Source of the DNA: Alphaproteobacteria bacterium
Lineage (GTDB): Bacteria; Pseudomonadota; Alphaproteobacteria; SHVV01
DNA length: 64,000 nucleotides
Direction: 5' to 3'
Assembly (NCBI GenBank): GCA_965261735.1
Contig: OZ253470.1
Span: forward strand, 4,224,001-4,288,000
The notes beneath the pieces are model-generated. The model was not told where the DNA came from, made no database searches, and was given only the letters and a program-made list of their open reading frames with translations. The translations under genes were made by a program, and so were the position numbers. Of this stretch, positions 10,347-19,539 are shown piece after piece. The number at the start of each line of letters is the position of its first letter. The stretch's first letter is position 1.

Positions 10347-11821
10347 GGGGCGATCCCGAGGAGGGCCTGCGCGGCCCGGCCCGCCACCCCTAGCGTCAGC
10401 GAGGTATCGAGGCCGAAGTAGACGCTCGCCCCGGCCAAGAGCCAGATCGGGACCAGCATGGAGGGCGGCGCTTCTTGCGCCGCGCTAGCCTCGGCGGGGG
10501 GGTGGAAGTAGGCCGCCTCGACGACCCGCCAGACGTATCCGAGGGCGACGAGCGAGCTCAGCAGGACGACCACCGCTACCGGCCACGCGCCTTCCTCCAG
10601 GGCCGCCACCACGAGTGTCCACTTGCTCACGAATCCGACGGTGAAGGGCACGCCGATGAGGCTGAGACCGCCGACCACGAACGCCGACATGGTGAGCGGC
10701 ATGCGGCGGCCGAGCCCGCGCAAGGCGTCGAGGCTTACGCCGCCCGCGCGCAGTGCGACCGCGCCAAGGCACATGAACAACGCAGCTTTCGTCACCGCGT
10801 GGTTGAACAGATGGACGATCCCCGCGGTCAGGCCCGTGGTCGATGCGAGGCTGATGCCGGCGACGATGTAGCCGATCTGGGCCAGACTCGAATACGCGAG
10901 CAATCTCTTGACGTCGTTCTGGAACAACGCGACGAGCGAAGCTCCGAGCGCCGCCGCCAGGGCGAGCGGCAGCAGGATGGCGCCAAGTGCCATGGTTTCG
11001 AAGGCAAAGTCCGCGCCGAACAGGGTGAAGGTGAAGCGCAGCAGAACATAGACCGCGACCTTGGTGGCGGTGCCGGCGAGCAGCACGGCGACGGCCGAGG
11101 GCGCGTAGGCATAGGCGTTCGGGAGCCACAGGTGGAGCGGAAACAGCGCGATCTTGATGGCGATGCCGACGGTGAGGAAAGCGAAGGCGGCACGAACGGT
11201 CCGCGTGTCCGCGACCGGCGCCACGCGCTCGGCGAGATCGGCAATGTTGAGGGTGCCCGTCATCATGTACAGGAAGCCGATGCCGATGAGGATGAAGGTG
11301 GCCCCGATCGTGCCCATGATGAGGTAGCGGAACGCCGCCGTCAGCGCCCTGCGATCTTGGCCCATGCCAACCAGGACGTAAGCCGACAGCGAGGCGATCT
11401 CGAGGAACACGAAGAGGTTGAAGGCATCGCCCGTGATCGTGACGCCGAGCAGGCCTGCGAGGGCGAGGAGGTAGACGCAGTAGAAGCGGTGGTGCTGCGC
11501 CGCGGCGATCTCGGCGCCGACGCTGGCGCGGGCGAACGGCATGGTCACCGCGGCGATGCCGGCGACGACAACCAGCACGAAGGCGTCGACCGGGTCGACC
11601 CGGTACTCGATGCCCCACGGCACCGCCCAGCCGCCGAGCTCGTAGGAGATCACGCCCGTCTCGAGAACGCGGGCCAGCAGCCATAGCGCAATGGCGAAGG
11701 CCGTCCAGCTCGCCAGCGTCGCCAGCGGCCACGCCAGGGCGCCACGGCGGCTCAGCACGCACAGCGGTGCGCCCACAAGTGGCACCGCCACTTGCAATAT
11801 CGGCAGATGGTCGACGATCAC
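10343..11821 (-). CDS. mrpD: Mrp antiporter subunit D
   Basis: TGDAFNLFVFLEI, KIALFPLHLWLPNAY, KRLLAYSSLAQIGY. Confidence 0.9.
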   Translation of the reverse strand: MIVDHLPILQVAVPLVGAPLCVLSRRGALAWPLATLASWTAFAIALWLLARVLETGVISYELGGWAVPWGIEYRVDPVDAFVLVVVAGIAAVTMPFARASVGAEIAAAQHHRFYCVYLLALAGLLGVTITGDAFNLFVFLEIASLSAYVLVGMGQDRRALTAAFRYLIMGTIGATFILIGIGFLYMMTGTLNIADLAERVAPVADTRTVRAAFAFLTVGIAIKIALFPLHLWLPNAYAYAPSAVAVLLAGTATKVAVYVLLRFTFTLFGADFAFETMALGAILLPLALAAALGASLVALFQNDVKRLLAYSSLAQIGYIVAGISLASTTGLTAGIVHLFNHAVTKAALFMCLGAVALRAGGVSLDALRGLGRRMPLTMSAFVVGGLSLIGVPFTVGFVSKWTLVVAALEEGAWPVAVVVLLSSLVALGYVWRVVEAAYFHPPAEASAAQEAPPSMLVPIWLLAGASVYFGLDTSLTLGVAGRAAQALLGIAP

Positions 11822-12171
11822 GGTTCGTCGTCCAGGCGGATGATTTCGTCCTCCTCGACGCTGCCATAGGCCTCGCGGATGCGAACGATAAGGGCGAGCG
11901 CGAGTGCGGTGGTCGCCACGCCGACGACGATGGCGGTGAGAATGAGAACGTGGGGCAGGGGGTTTGAGTAGACCTCGGCGCCGCCGCCGACGATCGGAGC
12001 CGTGCCGCCGGCCACCTTGCCGACGCTGATGTAGAACAGGAAGACGGAGGTCTGAAAGATGTTGAGGCCGACGAGCTTCTTGACCAGGTTGCCGCGGGCG
12101 ACGACCGTGTAGAAGCCGGCCATCATCAGCACCATGACCACCCAGTAATTGAAGTGGCCGAGCACCGCCAT
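11818..12171 (-). CDS. mrpC: Mrp antiporter subunit C
   Basis: NLVKKLVGLNIFQ, NPLPHVLILTAIVVGVAT. Confidence 0.92.
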   Translation of the reverse strand: MAVLGHFNYWVVMVLMMAGFYTVVARGNLVKKLVGLNIFQTSVFLFYISVGKVAGGTAPIVGGGAEVYSNPLPHVLILTAIVVGVATTALALALIVRIREAYGSVEEDEIIRLDDEP

Positions 12172-12174
12172 CGC

Positions 12175-12591
12175 TCAGCGCGTGCGGCCGGCGAACGCGA
12201 AGAAAACGGCGACCATGACGGCGGCGACGGTGATACCGACGCCGAACTCGACCAGTAGGATGCCGAGGTGTTGGCCCTTGGCCGGTTCCGCGGCCAATAC
12301 GGAGTAGTCGAGATAGTTGCCGCCTAGCGCGAGTGCGACGATGCCGACACCGGCATAGATGAGCACACCCGTCGCAACCAGGATCTCTACGGCACCGTCC
12401 GGAGCGACCTGGCGCGCCCGCTCGATGCCGAAGACGAGGCCATACAAGATGAAGGCGGCCGCACAGATGACGCCAGCCTGGAATCCGCCGCCGGGCCCGA
12501 AGTCGCCGTGAAACTGGACGTACAGCCCGAACAGCAGAATGAAGGGAATCAGTATCTTGCTCACCACGCGCAGGACGAGGTGGTGCCTCAT
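12175..12591 (-). CDS. mrpB: Mrp antiporter subunit B
   Basis: HGDFGPGGGFQAG signature. Confidence 0.92.
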   Translation of the reverse strand: MRHHLVLRVVSKILIPFILLFGLYVQFHGDFGPGGGFQAGVICAAAFILYGLVFGIERARQVAPDGAVEILVATGVLIYAGVGIVALALGGNYLDYSVLAAEPAKGQHLGILLVEFGVGITVAAVMVAVFFAFAGRTR

Positions 12592-13172
12592 CGGTCCTGG
12601 CCCCGCGCCCGGCGGTGCCTCGCCCCGCCGATCAATAGCATGACACCGATACCGGCCGTAAAGATCACCACGACCTCGCCGAGCGTGTCGTAACCGCGAT
12701 AGCTCGCGAGCACGGCGGTCACCACGTTGGGGACGCCGGTCTCGGCCGGGCCGCGCTCGAGATAACGCGGGGCGACGTGCCGGTGCGCCGGCGCCGCCGG
12801 GTCGGCGAAGTCCGGCATGTCGAGGGTGCCGTAGAGCAGCGCCACGCCGGTGGCGCCGACGATGAGGAGCGGCAGCAGCGACGTCTGTACCGGGATTTTC
12901 TCACGCGCGCTGGTGAGGCCGAGCGTGGCGAACATCAGTACGGTCGTGATGCCGGCGCCCACGGCTGCCTCGGTGAAGGCCACGTCGACGGCATCCAGGT
13001 TCACGAACAGTGCCGCCATTACCAAGCTGTAAACGCTGAACAGCATGACGACGGCAACCAGATTGCGGAGCCGGATAACCGTCACCGCGACAACGAGAAG
13101 GAATACCAGCAACGCGATGTCGACTAGATAGGCGATGGCGGATCGTCCTTGGCCTCGGGCGCCTTGACCCAC
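12588..13172 (-). CDS. DUF4040/MrpB-like N-terminal subunit
   Basis: AVDVAFTEAAVGAG and NVVTAVLASYRGYDTLGE; start uncertain (GTG at 13172, or an ATC at ~13136 after AAGGA). Confidence 0.85.
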   Translation of the reverse strand: MGQGARGQGRSAIAYLVDIALLVFLLVVAVTVIRLRNLVAVVMLFSVYSLVMAALFVNLDAVDVAFTEAAVGAGITTVLMFATLGLTSAREKIPVQTSLLPLLIVGATGVALLYGTLDMPDFADPAAPAHRHVAPRYLERGPAETGVPNVVTAVLASYRGYDTLGEVVVIFTAGIGVMLLIGGARHRRARGQDR

Positions 13173-13465
13173 GGCCTTAGCCCGTTGAACAGGGCGGCCT
13201 TGGCCAGCGCATGCGTAGCGGTCGGGCTGGTGAAAAACAAAAATACGAGGATGAACAACAGCTTGACGCTGATCAGCGAGAGCCCGCTTTGAATCATGAG
13301 GCCAGCGACGATCAGCGCGATGGCCAAGGTATCGGTGATGCCTGCGGTGTGCAGCCGGGTGTAGAAGTCCGGCAGCCGCATCAGACCGATGCTACCGATC
13401 AGTAAGAAAACGCTGCCGGTGGTGAGCAGGATCCAGGTCAGAATGTCGCCGAGTTCCGCTGTCAT
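13124..13465 (-). CDS. mrpG: Mrp antiporter subunit G
   Basis: GLMRLPDFYTRLHTAGITDT, TSPTATHALAKA; ATG overlaps the mrpF stop. Confidence 0.92.
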   Translation of the reverse strand: MTAELGDILTWILLTTGSVFLLIGSIGLMRLPDFYTRLHTAGITDTLAIALIVAGLMIQSGLSLISVKLLFILVFLFFTSPTATHALAKAALFNGLRPWVKAPEAKDDPPSPI

Positions 13466-13761
13466 GGTGTCTCCAGCCGGCGCCAACGCTCCTCCTCGCG
13501 GCCCGCCTCGCCGAGGTCGCCAAACTCGAAGAACTTCAGCATTGCAACGGTGGCGATGAAGCTGAGCAGTGGGTAGATCAGAGCGATGTCGACAAAATGC
13601 GGCCGACCGGTCAAGAAGCCCATGACAATGACCAGAATCGTCGTTTTCGTCGTGAACATGTTGACGGCAAGGATGCGGTCGTAAACCGTCGGGCCGACGA
13701 CCGCGCGAAACAGCGTTAGCGTCATGGTCACGAGGATGATCGCCGTGGTAAGGGCGAACAT
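13462..13761 (-). CDS. mrpF: Mrp antiporter subunit F
   Basis: GPTVYDRILAVN, DIALIY. Confidence 0.9.
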   Translation of the reverse strand: MFALTTAIILVTMTLTLFRAVVGPTVYDRILAVNMFTTKTTILVIVMGFLTGRPHFVDIALIYPLLSFIATVAMLKFFEFGDLGEAGREEERWRRLETP

Positions 13762-14237
13762 CAGTCACGGCCCTCCATGGCGAGGACGCGACGATCCATC
13801 TCTCCGGTCGCAAGATCGTCCGCGAAACCGCCCTCCAGCGCGTGCACCAGCACCTCGTCGCGTTCCAGCAGCACGGCCACGGTGCCGGGCGTCAGCGTGA
13901 TCGAGTTGGCGTAGGTGACGCGGCCCACGGCGGTCCTCTGGCTCGGCACGAGCCGAATCAGGCGCGGGTCGATGGGCAGGCTGGGGGTTAGGATGCGGCG
14001 GGCGACGTCGAGATTGGCGCGCGCTATCTCGACGAACAGCCACGCCCAATAACGCAGCGCGTTGATCCCGAGATGAACGGGGTGGCCCTCGTGGTCGATC
14101 ACGTCCATCCGATGGGTAAGCGCGACAACCAAGGCGCACGACGCGATCCCGAGAATGATCGTCAGTGCCTCGTAATGCCCGGAAAACAAAAGCCATACGG
14201 CCAGTAGCACGACAAACAGACTTGCGGTACGCGTCAT
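13761..14237 (-). CDS. mrpE: Mrp antiporter subunit E
   Basis: ANSITLTPGT, VLVHAL. Confidence 0.92.
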   Translation of the reverse strand: MTRTASLFVVLLAVWLLFSGHYEALTIILGIASCALVVALTHRMDVIDHEGHPVHLGINALRYWAWLFVEIARANLDVARRILTPSLPIDPRLIRLVPSQRTAVGRVTYANSITLTPGTVAVLLERDEVLVHALEGGFADDLATGEMDRRVLAMEGRD

Positions 14238-14419
14238 GGCCCCTCAATGGTTTTTCAAGGCGCGGCGGTGCGAGAAGATAATATGGATGGCACCGGATGC
14301 CAACTAATGTCGGGGTCGCCCGACCCCCGAAATCAGGAGTGGCCAAGGCCCCGAGCACATTTGTGGAGGGGTGGCGAAAGTGTTAAGATGACGACCAGTA
14401 CGGGGAGGATGTCCAGGCC

Positions 14420-14959
14420 ATGGTAGAAGAGGATCAGCGCTCGGAGGACACGGGGCAAGAAACCGAAGTAGCAACCGGAACCGTCAAATGGTTCAATCGA
14501 ATAAAGGGATTCGGTTTTATTACACCGTCGGACAATTCGAGCGATATTTTTATTCATCTGTCGACGCTGAAGACTCTCGGACTCGATTCCGTTGAAGAGG
14601 GCGCGACGCTGGTGTGCGAGGTCGCGCGTGGACCCAAGGGCCTTCAGGCGGTGCGCGTGATCGAAATCGATGACAGTACCGCGAGCCCGCCGGCGGGCCG
14701 CGTCGGTGGCTTCGATTCAGGGGTGGCGCAGGGGACGCTCGTCGCCGAGGGCCCTTTTTTCGACGCCGTCGTGAAATGGTTCAACGCGGACAAGGGCTAC
14801 GGGTTTCTGTCGAGTGGCGAAGACGCGCCCGACATTTTCGTCCATATCAAGACCTTGCGCCGCGTAGGCATTGAAAACCTGCAGGCGGGTCAGGCCGTTC
14901 GGGTGCGCGTCGGTCAAGGCCCGAAGGGGCCGCAAGCGGCCGAAATCGAAACCGGCTAA
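14420..14959 (+). CDS. Cold-shock protein with two CSD domains
   Basis: [18 protein letters not shown] and [18 protein letters not shown]. Confidence 0.93.
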   Translation: MVEEDQRSEDTGQETEVATGTVKWFNRIKGFGFITPSDNSSDIFIHLSTLKTLGLDSVEEGATLVCEVARGPKGLQAVRVIEIDDSTASPPAGRVGGFDSGVAQGTLVAEGPFFDAVVKWFNADKGYGFLSSGEDAPDIFVHIKTLRRVGIENLQAGQAVRVRVGQGPKGPQAAEIETG

Positions 14960-14984
14960 TCACGTCGGCGCCGCGAGCGCGCCG

Positions 14985-15938
14985 TCACTCCAGCTCGACC
15001 GCGTAGTCCGCGACCGGTCGGGCTCGCGCAATCAAGCCCTGTCGCACGAGGAACTCGGCAAAGCGCCGATAACGCCCCCTATCCAGTGCCGCGGGCCGGA
15101 GCGCGAAGCGCGCCAGCGTGTCGCGCCACGCGCGACGGTTGAGCTCGTCGTCGAGTTCCTTGCGGCCGCGCACGAATAGTTCCCAGCTCTCGTCGGTGTG
15201 ATTGACGAGGAACTGCGTCCCCTGCTCAAGGGCGACGAGGAAGCGCTTCAGCGCGGGGTCGCCCAGCCGATCGGTGTGGGCGACCAGGATGAGCTCGTCG
15301 TAGGCTGGGACGCCTTCCTCCTCGACGTAGAACGCCCGGCCGGGCCGGCCCACGAGGTCCATCTGGTTGAGCTCGAAGTTACGAAAGGCGCCAATGACCG
15401 CATCGACTTGGCCGCTGATGAGCGCCGGCGACAACGAGAAATTCACGTTGACCAAGACCACGTCCTCGAGGGCCAACCCGTGCCGGGCCAGCATTGCCTT
15501 GAGGAGCGCGTCCTCGAAGCCGCCAACGGAGAAGCCGATGCGCGCCCCTTTGAGGTCGGCGATCGATTGCACCGGGCCATCGGCCAGCACTACGAGCGAG
15601 TTGAGCGGCGTCGCCACGAGTGTGCCGATGCGCTTGAGCGGGAGCCCCCGGTCGACGTGCATATGCAGCTGAGGCTGGTAGGACACCGCGATATCCGCTT
15701 TGCCGGCCGCGACCAGCTTGGGTGGGTCGTTGGGGTCGGCCGGGGCGATGAACGTAACCTCCAGTCCCTGCGCGGCGAAGTAGCCCTTTTCGAGGGCAAC
15801 GAACAGCGTTGCGTGGTCGGGGTTGACGAACCAGTCCAACATCACCGAGAGCGGCTCCGCCCGCACCTGTCCGGACATCAGCCACACAGCGAGCGCTAGG
15901 ACGACACAGCGGGCGAGGGCGGTATGGAACATCGACAT
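14985..15938 (-). CDS. thiY: HMP/thiamine-precursor ABC transporter substrate-binding protein (NMT1/THI5-like)
   Basis: Signal peptide, LDWFVNPDH, PADPNDPPKLVAAG, GAFRNFE; start at 15938. Confidence 0.9.
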   Translation of the reverse strand: MSMFHTALARCVVLALAVWLMSGQVRAEPLSVMLDWFVNPDHATLFVALEKGYFAAQGLEVTFIAPADPNDPPKLVAAGKADIAVSYQPQLHMHVDRGLPLKRIGTLVATPLNSLVVLADGPVQSIADLKGARIGFSVGGFEDALLKAMLARHGLALEDVVLVNVNFSLSPALISGQVDAVIGAFRNFELNQMDLVGRPGRAFYVEEEGVPAYDELILVAHTDRLGDPALKRFLVALEQGTQFLVNHTDESWELFVRGRKELDDELNRRAWRDTLARFALRPAALDRGRYRRFAEFLVRQGLIARARPVADYAVELE

Positions 15939-15964
15939 GTGTGGTGACTCCTGGGTCACGAGGC

Positions 15965-16750
15965 TCAGATCGCCTCGGGCTCCCCCTCGGGCGACGACTC
16001 GACCTGCCAGGGCAACGCGCGCCGCAGTACGCGGTCCATGAGCGCGAACAGGAGCACCGACATACCGGCCAAGGTAAACAGGGCTGCGAACAGCAGGTCG
16101 ATCTGCATGCGCCCGTTGGCATGCAGCATGAGGTAGCCGAGGCCGGCACTGGATCCGACCCACTCGCCGATGATGGCGCCGATCGGCGCGACGGCGGTGG
16201 CGATCCGTAGGCCCGACGCCAGCGACGGTAGGGCGGCGGGGATGCGGACGTGGCGCAGCACCGCCCACCGTGCCCGCGGGTGGCCCGCGGTCATGGTGTG
16301 GGCGATGTCGAGCCAACCTCGATCCGTGCGCCTGAGGCCATCGAGAAAGTTGGTGGCGATGGGGAAGTAGATGATCAGCGTCGCCATCACGACCTTGGAT
16401 GCCAGGCCATAGCCGAACCACAGGACCAGGAGCGGCGCGACGGCGAACACCGGGATCGCCTGGGATGCCACCAGCACCGGCATCAGCCAGCGCCGCGCTG
16501 GGCGGACGTGGACGATAAACAACGCACTGGCCACGCCGAGCAGCGTGCCCAAGGCCAGGCCCAGGAGGATCTCGGTCAGCGTTATCGCGGCGTGATGGCT
16601 GATCGCTGCCGCCGCCCCTTGCCAGGCGCGGGCCACCGCCGCCGGGCCCGGGAGGATGTAGGGTGGTACCCCGCTCGCCCATACCACGATCTGCCACAAC
16701 GCCAGGATACCGGACAGGGTGACCGCGGCCCGTGCCAACCGGGCGGTCAT
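15965..16750 (-). CDS. thiX: HMP ABC transporter permease
   Basis: SQAIPVFAVAPLLVLWFGYG, IIGEWVGSSAGLG; ATG at 16750 overlaps the ATPase stop. Confidence 0.9.
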   Translation of the reverse strand: MTARLARAAVTLSGILALWQIVVWASGVPPYILPGPAAVARAWQGAAAAISHHAAITLTEILLGLALGTLLGVASALFIVHVRPARRWLMPVLVASQAIPVFAVAPLLVLWFGYGLASKVVMATLIIYFPIATNFLDGLRRTDRGWLDIAHTMTAGHPRARWAVLRHVRIPAALPSLASGLRIATAVAPIGAIIGEWVGSSAGLGYLMLHANGRMQIDLLFAALFTLAGMSVLLFALMDRVLRRALPWQVESSPEGEPEAI

Positions 16751-17589
16751 GCCGGGCCGACCTCGACAATGCGCGCGGGCGCGCCGGCGCGGGTGGGCCG
16801 CTGCCATACCCCGAGCCGGCGCAACAGGTCGCGGTGCATGAGCCCGACGTCACTCGCGGTCGGGTCGCGCGGCGGCGCACCCAAAGGGACCGTCGAATCG
16901 CTCAGGGTTGCCGGCCGCCCCGTCATAAGGAGCAGTCGGTGACCAAGCCGAAGCGCCTCGACCGGGTCGTGGGTGACGAGCACGACCGTGCGCTCGCGGA
17001 GCAGCTCTGCGGCCAGATCCTGGAGGTCCATCCGCGTCAGCGCATCGAGTGCCGAGAAGGGCTCGTCCATAAGGACGACCGGCCGGTCCTCCATCAGCGT
17101 GCGCGCGAGCGCCACGCGCTGGCGCATGCCGGCCGATAGGGTTGCGGGCCGATCGTCCCCGTGGTCGGCGAGGTCGACCCGCTCGAGCAGCGCGTGGGCG
17201 CGGTCCGTGTCGGTCGTGTCCCCACGCAGGCGGCTCCCCAGCGCCACGTTGTCGAGGGCAGAAAGCCACGGCAGCAGAAGGTCGCCCTGGTCCATGTAGG
17301 CGGTGCGCCCGGCAAGCGGTCGGCCGTCGCCCGCGCGCACCCGACCGGCCGGAATCCTGGGTCCGAGCCCGGCGATCAGACGCAACAGGGTCGTCTTGCC
17401 GATACCGCTCGGGCCCAGCAGGCAGGTCGTGCGACCCGCCTCCAGCGTCACGTCGAGGCCGGCGAACAGCACGCGCCCCTGATACTCGATAATGGCGTTG
17501 ACGATTTCGACCGAGGGTGCCGGCGGCGCGGCGCTACTCCGCGCGCTAGCCGACCCATGTTCGGGATGGAGGATGGCGCCCTCGGCCAT
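16747..17589 (-). CDS. thiZ: HMP ABC transporter ATPase
   Basis: GPSGIGKT, LSAGMRQRVALAR, LMDEPFSALD. Confidence 0.9.
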   Translation of the reverse strand: MAEGAILHPEHGSASARSSAAPPAPSVEIVNAIIEYQGRVLFAGLDVTLEAGRTTCLLGPSGIGKTTLLRLIAGLGPRIPAGRVRAGDGRPLAGRTAYMDQGDLLLPWLSALDNVALGSRLRGDTTDTDRAHALLERVDLADHGDDRPATLSAGMRQRVALARTLMEDRPVVLMDEPFSALDALTRMDLQDLAAELLRERTVVLVTHDPVEALRLGHRLLLMTGRPATLSDSTVPLGAPPRDPTASDVGLMHRDLLRRLGVWQRPTRAGAPARIVEVGPA

Positions 17590-17594
17590 ATCTG

Positions 17595-17686
17595 CACTCC
17601 TTCCTACGCCGGTACGAGCCGGATCAGGTTCGAGGGGTCGTTCCGCCAGGGAACCTCTCAGCCGGAATTTCCGGCTCCCCCGAGTG
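17595..17686 (-). ncRNA. TPP riboswitch
   Basis: Minus strand CACTCGGGGG...GCTGAGA...GACCC...GAACCTGATCCGG...TACCGGCGTAGGAAGGAGTG; the 3' strand of P1 overlaps the SD of thiZ, suggesting translational control. Confidence 0.93.
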
Positions 17687-17786
17687 GCGCTGCACTATGA
17701 AACCCCGAGAGCCGCCCGGTCAAGCGGCTTGGCGGCCGCGCGAGGGCGGCGTTTACGAGGCCCCCGTTTCCGGATAAGGAACGCCC

Positions 17787-18245
17787 ATGCTGCGCCGCCT
17801 GGGGTTCCTTCTCGTCGTTGCCGCCAGCCTCGGCGCGGGCCTCGCCGGCGCCCTCGCGCTCGAGCGCTCGCGGCTCGTCATCGTTGCGCCGTCGGGCCGT
17901 CACGCTTTCGATGTCGAGATCGCGGCGACGGCGGCCGACCGCGAGCGCGGGCTCATGTTTCGCCGCAACTTGGCCCCGGATGCCGGCATGCTGTTCGACT
18001 ACGGCGCGCCAACCCGGGTCAGTATGTGGATGAAGAACACCTACATCCCCCTCGACATGCTCTATGTCGCAGATGACGGTCGAATCATTCACATCGTCGA
18101 GCGCACGATCCCGCACTCGCTGACACCGCTGTCCGCCGCCCGTCCCGTGCGTGCGGTGCTGGAGCTCAATGCCGGCACCGCGGCACGCCTCGAGCTGCGC
18201 CTCGGTGACACCATCCTGCACACCACGTTCGGCAATGCGGAGTGA
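17787..18245 (+). CDS. DUF192 exported protein
   Basis: RERGLMFR...GMLFD...MWMKNTYIPLDML...VLELNAG. Confidence 0.93.
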   Translation: MLRRLGFLLVVAASLGAGLAGALALERSRLVIVAPSGRHAFDVEIAATAADRERGLMFRRNLAPDAGMLFDYGAPTRVSMWMKNTYIPLDMLYVADDGRIIHIVERTIPHSLTPLSAARPVRAVLELNAGTAARLELRLGDTILHTTFGNAE

Positions 18246-18675
18246 GGGGTTGGCGGGGCGCGGGACCGGCGAAGTACCTGACGGCTTTGCCCCGATCGTG
18301 CACAGCGCCCGCTTCGGTGAGCTGATCGGGCCAATCTACGAGAGGGAAGGGGCCGGCGACCTGGTGCGCGCCATTCGCGTGGACGAGAAGCACACCAACG
18401 CGGGCCGCATCGTTCATGGCGGCGCGCTCATGACCTTCGCCGACATCGTGCTCGCCCAGGCCGTCATTAGGGCGCTCGAGGCGAGGCCGGTAACTGTGCG
18501 CCTCATCGGCGACTTCCTCGCTCCGGTACGTATCGGCGCGTGGCTCGAGGGCCGCGCCCATCTCACCCGCCACGGTCGCGCGTTGGCGTTCGCCGAGGGC
18601 GTCTTCACGGTCGGGCCGCAAACGGTGATGACGGCCGCCGCAACCTTCAGCCTGCGCCGCCCGCGGGGGGACTAG
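18235..18675 (+). CDS. PaaI-family thioesterase
   Basis: HTNAGRIVHGGALMTFAD hotdog-fold motif. Confidence 0.87.
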   Translation: MRSEGLAGRGTGEVPDGFAPIVHSARFGELIGPIYEREGAGDLVRAIRVDEKHTNAGRIVHGGALMTFADIVLAQAVIRALEARPVTVRLIGDFLAPVRIGAWLEGRAHLTRHGRALAFAEGVFTVGPQTVMTAAATFSLRRPRGD

Positions 18676-18733
18676 GGCGGGCGTGCTTGCTGGGCGATGC
18701 CGCTTCGTGTATCTCAGGGCCGAGAGTGAGCGG

Positions 18734-18810
18734 CGGGGCGTGGCGCAGCCTGGTAGCGCGGCTGCTTTGGGAGCAGCAGGTCGCTGGTTCGAATCCAGTC
18801 GCCCCGACCA
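18734..18810 (+). tRNA. tRNA-Pro(TGG)
   Basis: 77-nt cloverleaf: CGGGGCG acceptor, anticodon arm GCTGC-TTTGGGA-GCAGC, GGTTCGAATCC, encoded CCA. Confidence 0.97.
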
Positions 18811-18838
18811 TGCAGCGCGGGGCCACAATGGAGAGCCC

Positions 18839-19132
18839 ATGCTCGCACGCATTTTTCAACCGACCAAGAACGCGATGCAATCCGGCCGCGCCAATACGCG
18901 CGCGTGGTATCTCGAGTTCGCGCCCGAACAGGCGCGCGAGATCGAGGGCCTCATGGGCTGGACGAGCTCGGCCGACATGAACGGGCAGGTGGTGCTCAAG
19001 TTCGATTCGCGTGCGGCGGCGATCGCCTTCGCCGATGGGCGAGGCATTCCCTACCGCGTCGTTGAGCCCAAGAAACCGACGCCCCAGCGGCGCCCCTATG
19101 CCGACAATTTTCGATACGATCAGATGCGCTAG
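18839..19132 (+). CDS. ETC complex I subunit (NDUFS4-like, PF04800)
   Basis: ARIFQPTKNAMQSG...LMGWTSSAD...YADNF; sits between tRNA-Pro and tRNA-Arg as in many alphaproteobacteria. Confidence 0.93.
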   Translation: MLARIFQPTKNAMQSGRANTRAWYLEFAPEQAREIEGLMGWTSSADMNGQVVLKFDSRAAAIAFADGRGIPYRVVEPKKPTPQRRPYADNFRYDQMR

Positions 19133-19137
19133 CCATC

Positions 19138-19214
19138 GCGCCCTTAGCTCAGCTGGATAGAGCAACAGCCTTCTAAGCTGTGGGTCACAGGTTCGAGTCC
19201 TGTAGGGCGCGCCA
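19138..19214 (+). tRNA. tRNA-Arg(TCT)
   Basis: 77-nt cloverleaf: anticodon arm ACAGC-CTTCTAA-GCTGT, GGTTCGAGTCC, CCA. Confidence 0.97.
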
Positions 19215-19277
19215 TTATCCTTGCCGATCCTGGCGGAGCAATGGGTCATCGGGCTTCGAGGCATGCGATGGGAGCGA

Positions 19278-19492
19278 TGAGGCGGATGTCGGCGCGGGCG
19301 CTTATGGGGGCCATGGCGCTGCTCTGGGTCTCCGCCTGCGCGGGCGGTCAGGTTTGGTACGAAGAGCGCTGTAGCAGCCTTGGGTTTAAGACGGGCACGG
19401 CGGAGTTCGTCCAATGCCTGCAGCGAGAGAAGGCCTGGATCGAACCGACCTCGCGGCGCGCCCAATATGATTCGCGAGGTGACGCCCCCTAG
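19278..19492 (+). CDS. Small putative lipoprotein
   Basis: Signal peptide ending VSAC; C-x3-GF-x2-GT-x2-F-x2-C pattern; start uncertain. Confidence 0.55.
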
Positions 19493-19539
19493 CGGGCCGC
19501 CCCGCAACGGTCCGGTTCGCACCACAACGGATGATAGCC

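Noticed and set aside
14238-14345. Possible Na+/Li+ riboswitch upstream of mrp (hairpin TCGGGGTCG/CGACCCCCGA)
   Set aside because: Could not match the nhaA-I/II or DUF1646 consensus by eye; needs an Infernal/Rfam scan
14985-16880. 631-aa ORF suggesting a fused ThiY
   Set aside because: The N-terminal half is an out-of-frame shadow of thiX; the signal peptide starts at 15938
19138-19214. tRNA-Arg as attachment site of an integrated island
   Set aside because: No integrase and no duplicated tRNA 3' end seen in the window
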